A stretch of 64,000 nt of DNA. Source: Candidatus Eiseniibacteriota bacterium. Lineage in GTDB: Bacteria > Eisenbacteria > RBG-16-71-46 > CAZAMP01. The stretch lies in contig OZ245046.1 of the NCBI GenBank assembly GCA_965224245.1, forward strand, positions 3,808,001-3,872,000. The letters are read 5' to 3'. A program made the translations under genes and the position numbers. The first letter of the stretch is position 1, and every line of letters begins with the position of its first letter. This document shows, piece by piece, positions 59,980-64,000 of this stretch. Under the pieces are notes generated by a model. It made no database searches, had not been told where the DNA came from, and saw only the letters and a list, made by a program, of their open reading frames with translations.

Positions 59980-61419
59980 ATGTCGACCGCACCGCTCGCC
60001 GGCAGCACGCTCTCGCGGCTGGGTCGCAACGTTCGGTGGCTCGCGTTCCTGCAGATCGTGCTGCTCGGCGTACGGCTGTTCTCCAACGGGTACCTGGCGC
60101 GCCTCTTCGGTCCCGACGGGCTCGGTCAGTACCTCCTCGCGCTTCTGTGGCTCGAGGTCCTCTCGGACGTGCACGGGCTCAGCCTCGAGGACGTCATCCC
60201 ACGAAACGCCGCACAGGAGCCGGCCCGGCGCGGGGAGCTGCTCTCCGCCAGCTTCGCGGTGTTCGCGCTCGTGACGCCGGTGCTCGTGGTCGCGACGCTC
60301 GGGCTCGGACTCTTCTACGCCGGACGCGGGATCGACTTCGTCGCGCTCCTCCTCGCCTCCATCGTCAGGACACCGACGCGGTATCTGCTCGCGTTTCCGG
60401 CCGCGGACGAGAACCTCCGCCCGTTCTCGCTCTGGCAGGCCGCCGAGCGAGCCGGCATCGCGATCCTGACCGTCGGGGTGCTCTTCGCCGGGGGCACGGT
60501 CGACGTGATCATCTCTCTCCTGGCTCCGTTCTATCTGCTGATCGGCGCCCCCTTCGCCGTGTCGGTGCTGCGGGCCACGCGGCCGCGGGCGATCACGCGC
60601 GACGACGTCTCTCGACTCGGTCGGCTGGGACTCGAGTTCACCGGGCTCAAGGCCGTGAGCATCCTGTATGGACGCGTCGACGCGCTTCTCGTGGATGCGC
60701 TGATGGGCCCCACGTCCACCGGGTTCTATCTCGGCGCCCGGCAGGTGCTGACGTTCCTTCGCAGCATTCCGCTGGCGATCTCGTCGGGGCTGTATCCGGT
60801 GCTCAGCCGCAAGGTATCCGAGGGCACCGCCGCCCTCGCCTCGGCGATCACCCGGTTCGAGAAGATGATGGTCGTGTACGCACTTCCGATCGTCGTGGGC
60901 GGCTCGCTGCTCTCGATGCCGCTGATCCACGCCTATCTGGGAGACGGCTTCGAGACCGCGGGGACGATCTTCGCGCCGATGATCTGGGCGCTGCTCGTGG
61001 GCTCGATGCGTCGCCCGGTGACGATCTACCTCACGGCGGTGCATCGGCAGAACCGGGCCACGCTGCTGCTGCTCGTCGGCGTGGTCGTGAACGTCGGGCT
61101 GATGGTGCTCCTGGTGCCTCGCCTGGGTCTCGTCGGTGCCGTGATCGCGCTCCTCGTCTACGAGACCATCTCGCTGGCGCTCATGCTCGCCGAGCTCCGC
61201 CGGGACGGACTGTCGCTGGGCTGGACCTCGATCGTGAGGGGGCCGCTCCTGGCGTCGGGCATCATGGGGCTGGGCGTGGCCCTGGCCCGCACCGCCTGGC
61301 CGCCGCTCGCGGTGATCGGGCTCGGGGCAGCGCTGTACGCGGGAGCGCTGGCGGGGCTCTCCGGACTCGATCCGAAGGAGCGACGCTGGCTGATGGAGAC
61401 CCTGCGGCCCGGCTCGTGA
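59980..61419 (+). CDS. Wzx-like oligosaccharide flippase (MOP superfamily)
   Basis: LARLFGPDGLGQY, RVDALL...GFY, about 12-14 TMs. Confidence 0.88.
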   Translation: MSTAPLAGSTLSRLGRNVRWLAFLQIVLLGVRLFSNGYLARLFGPDGLGQYLLALLWLEVLSDVHGLSLEDVIPRNAAQEPARRGELLSASFAVFALVTPVLVVATLGLGLFYAGRGIDFVALLLASIVRTPTRYLLAFPAADENLRPFSLWQAAERAGIAILTVGVLFAGGTVDVIISLLAPFYLLIGAPFAVSVLRATRPRAITRDDVSRLGRLGLEFTGLKAVSILYGRVDALLVDALMGPTSTGFYLGARQVLTFLRSIPLAISSGLYPVLSRKVSEGTAALASAITRFEKMMVVYALPIVVGGSLLSMPLIHAYLGDGFETAGTIFAPMIWALLVGSMRRPVTIYLTAVHRQNRATLLLLVGVVVNVGLMVLLVPRLGLVGAVIALLVYETISLALMLAELRRDGLSLGWTSIVRGPLLASGIMGLGVALARTAWPPLAVIGLGAALYAGALAGLSGLDPKERRWLMETLRPGS

Positions 61420-61456
61420 CGGGCCTCGCAGCGCCCCCCGCGAAACGCGTCGAGGC

Positions 61457-63298
61457 TCAATAGAAGTCGGCGAGCACGAGCCCGCGCTCGGTCCCGGAAC
61501 CGTCGACGATCACGATCTCGGTGCCGGGCGCTTGGTTGCACAGCTCACGCCACCGGGCCGCGTCGTCACCGAGCGTCCGTCCATCCACCGAGACGATCCG
61601 CTCGCCCGCCTTCCAGCCGGCCTTCTCCGCGGGACTCCCGGCCTGCACGTGCAGCACCTCGAGCGCGCCGTCGGCCGGGTAGGCCAGGAGACCGGTGCGG
61701 TTGCGCCGGAACGGCTCGTCGCGCGCGTCCGGCGACCTCTCGAGCAGGAGCCGCCCGCGGGGGTAGTCGAAGATCACGCGGAAGCGGCTCAGGATCCCCG
61801 CGCCGAGATTGCCCGCGATGTCCTTGGTGTCGAACGCCCCCCGGTTGGCCTCGACGTGGAAGTCGGCGGGGACGTCGGTCATCTCGTACCCCGCCAGCGT
61901 GAACGAGCGGAGCGTGGAGCACTTCTGAACCGTCGTCCCGCCCACGCCGCCGCTGATCGAGTCGGAGATCCGCGGGCGGCCGGCGAGGAGGTCGTTCTCG
62001 GTCGCGTAATGCGAGAAGATCGTCAGCGTCCCGCCCGATCCGGTGTCGAGCGCGAACAACGCGGGCTCGCGTCCCTCGATGGAGCCGTGCACGAGCTTCA
62101 GGCCGTTCTCGTCGGGCACCAGCGCGAGGACGTGTCCGGGGCCGTCGTACGCGAACGTGTCGGCATCCTCGAACGCGAGCCGCGCGTTCGGGTAGTCGAC
62201 GTCGACGACGACGTTGTTGAAGAGCTCCTTGCCCAGGATGACGGGCATCGAGACGCCATAGCGCTCGGTCAGCGCGCTCAGGTCGACGATGGCGACCGTC
62301 AGACCGTGGAGCTCCGCTCCGCCGATCGCGATCGTGACGTCGGACGCCAGCGACGCCTCGACCGAGCCGCCCGTCCCGGTGGCCGCGATCGCGCCGCCGC
62401 CGCCGAGGCCGATCTCGTCCGCGAAGCTCCGGTCCACGACGGTGATGCCGGCCCCGCTGTCGAGCACGATCTCGGTCTCGGCGCCGTTGATCCGTCCCGG
62501 GACGTACAGGTAGCGTTTGTGGACCAGGTTCACGTCGATCCACTCTCCCGCGCCGGATGTCCAGTGAACCAGCGAGCCCGCCTCCGGCCGTGCGAACCGG
62601 GCCGGATCGATCTCCGCGGGCGCGTCGATCGACGCCCACTCGGTCACCGTGTCCTGGATCGGCTCGGCGTGAAACGTGCTCTCGCGATGGGGCGTGCGGA
62701 CCCCGCCGACGGTGCGCCAGTCCTCGTTCTTCGTGTACGTCGTGTCCACGTCCTCGATCGAACGCGACCACACGAGTCGGCCGTCGTCCGGCGAGAGGAA
62801 ATCGTCGTACGTGTCGCCGTTGGGGGCACGGAAACGCACCACCGTCCACGTCTCGTCCTCGCGCTCCTCGGTCCCCAGGAGCGATCGTTCGAAGGACGTC
62901 GGATCGAGGAGATGCTCGCCGAAGCTCCTCCGGATCGCGGACGCCCGGCGGGTCCGCATCGCACGCCCCATCGGCTCGATCTGGCCGCTCTGGTTGACCA
63001 CCCACGCGTCGTCGGCGCCCACGACCTCACTTCCGGCGATCACGCCCAGGTCGTAGCGCTGGTGGTAGCGGCCGTCCCTCGTCATCTCCACCGCCACCTC
63101 GCCGTTCATGCCGGCGACCGAGAGCGTGCCGGTGAGCGTCATCGCCCGGCGCGCGGTCAGGGCATCACGCCCACCCAGCCACTCGATGTGGAGATCGATC
63201 AGCGTGTCGAGCACGGGGGCCTCCTCGGAACGTGCGGGGTGCACGGGGATCGCGGTCAACAGCGCGGCACACGCCGCGGCGATTCGTCGAGTCACCAT
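61457..63298 (-). CDS. Secreted aspartyl protease with two retropepsin-like domains and a PDZ domain
   Basis: LDSGA and LDTGS motifs, ILG and NLG motifs, GSPAEKAG. Confidence 0.88.
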   Translation of the reverse strand: MVTRRIAAACAALLTAIPVHPARSEEAPVLDTLIDLHIEWLGGRDALTARRAMTLTGTLSVAGMNGEVAVEMTRDGRYHQRYDLGVIAGSEVVGADDAWVVNQSGQIEPMGRAMRTRRASAIRRSFGEHLLDPTSFERSLLGTEEREDETWTVVRFRAPNGDTYDDFLSPDDGRLVWSRSIEDVDTTYTKNEDWRTVGGVRTPHRESTFHAEPIQDTVTEWASIDAPAEIDPARFARPEAGSLVHWTSGAGEWIDVNLVHKRYLYVPGRINGAETEIVLDSGAGITVVDRSFADEIGLGGGGAIAATGTGGSVEASLASDVTIAIGGAELHGLTVAIVDLSALTERYGVSMPVILGKELFNNVVVDVDYPNARLAFEDADTFAYDGPGHVLALVPDENGLKLVHGSIEGREPALFALDTGSGGTLTIFSHYATENDLLAGRPRISDSISGGVGGTTVQKCSTLRSFTLAGYEMTDVPADFHVEANRGAFDTKDIAGNLGAGILSRFRVIFDYPRGRLLLERSPDARDEPFRRNRTGLLAYPADGALEVLHVQAGSPAEKAGWKAGERIVSVDGRTLGDDAARWRELCNQAPGTEIVIVDGSGTERGLVLADFY

Positions 63299-63309
63299 AT
63301 CCTCCGGTA

Positions 63310-64000
63310 TCAGGTGCCGTCGTCAACGTCCCCGTGCATCTCGCCCGCCGTCGATCCGAATCGACGCTGGAGGGTGATCAGGCCCGGGGGATCGGTTCGT
63401 AGCAGAAGCGGTGCGCCGCCGGGCGGGTGGCCGGTCGCATCGCCGACATCCCGCCTGATCGCCTCCATCGACGCGCGCTCGAGGCGCGTCATCATGATCT
63501 CGCTGGCCACGTGGTTGTGGTGCATGCACGACAGGAACGTGCTGGCGCTCCAGACGGCCTGGTGCACGCGATCCAGTCCGGTCGACAGCAGTGCGAGCAG
63601 GTGCTCCTCGGCGTCCACGACCAGGCTCAGCTGCTGGCCGGGCCAGCGTTCGAGCACGCGCTCCGCGTCGGTGGCCTGCGTCCACTCGACGTACGACGGG
63701 CAGGGCGTCGTGCGCGTCGCGTCGTCCGCGTCGTCGGGGTCGTCGGGGTCGTCGGGGTCGTCCGGACGGCTCGCCCGGGCATCCACGCGATCGTAGGTCT
63801 TCACCGACACGGCGACGCCGCGCTCGGCGGCGCGCTCGAGGGGCTCGCGCAGCCGGGCCAGGGGCCGGGGGAACGCGTCCATCACGACCACCGTCGTGGC
63901 CCGATCGAGCATCGAGTGCGCGCGCTCGAAGACCTGCTCGACCGACCGGATCCGGTAGATCCGGTCATCGCCGGCGCCGGTCGCGATCCCGCTCAGGACC
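63310..64000 (-). CDS. TrmB-family transcriptional regulator; 5' part lies outside the window
   Basis: Frame open to the window edge: DDRIYRIRSVEQVFERAHSML...DAFP...ERGVAV...LVVD. Confidence 0.65.
   Translation of the reverse strand, partial: VLSGIATGAGDDRIYRIRSVEQVFERAHSMLDRATTVVVMDAFPRPLARLREPLERAAERGVAVSVKTYDRVDARASRPDDPDDPDDPDDADDATRTTPCPSYVEWTQATDAERVLERWPGQQLSLVVDAEEHLLALLSTGLDRVHQAVWSASTFLSCMHHNHVASEIMMTRLERASMEAIRRDVGDATGHPPGGAPLLLRTDPPGLITLQRRFGSTAGEMHGDVDDGT
63721..63765. repeat. In-frame 9 bp tandem repeat (PDD/ADD), about 5 copies
   Basis: GTCGTCGGG repeated. Confidence 0.8.

Overview
High-GC (roughly 70% by eye), gene-dense chromosomal window from a diderm bacterium with about 52 genes. 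FlgD/T9SS-like C-terminal domains, an S-W-x-x-I-K-A-L-Y C-terminal motif and the DUF6754 and DUF6029 modules suggest an FCB-group candidate phylum such as Eisenbacteria, Krumholzibacteriota or Latescibacterota (inference). Contents, left to right: (1) the end of a surface-polysaccharide modification locus (two CapK-like ligases, a deacetylase, two GT4s, a PHP hydrolase, a radical SAM enzyme); (2) a 10.5 kb minus-strand run: modABC-like transporter, MoaD/ThiS, HesA-like E1, His-rich protein, DUF2723/TMEM260-like GT-C, and a coupled four-gene DUF6754 membrane module of unknown function; (3) a spermidine-synthase-like membrane protein, an OMP and a type 2 ileS; (4) a frameshifted erythromycin-esterase-family gene, a GGQ rescue factor and a split methylcrotonyl-CoA-type carboxylase next to a 4x27 bp hairpin repeat; (5) hsp20 with a sigma54-type promoter, ltaE, two secreted CTD proteins, an MFS transporter, queED, a radical SAM gene and a GT39; (6) addBA, an Omp28-TlpA-DUF6029 thiol-redox module, a flippase, a double aspartyl protease and a partial TrmB regulator. 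I saw no rRNA, tRNA, CRISPR array or transposase. The best candidates for undescribed systems are the DUF6754 module, the Omp28/TlpA/DUF6029 module and the WxxIKALY sorting motif. All family calls come from motif recognition, not database searches.
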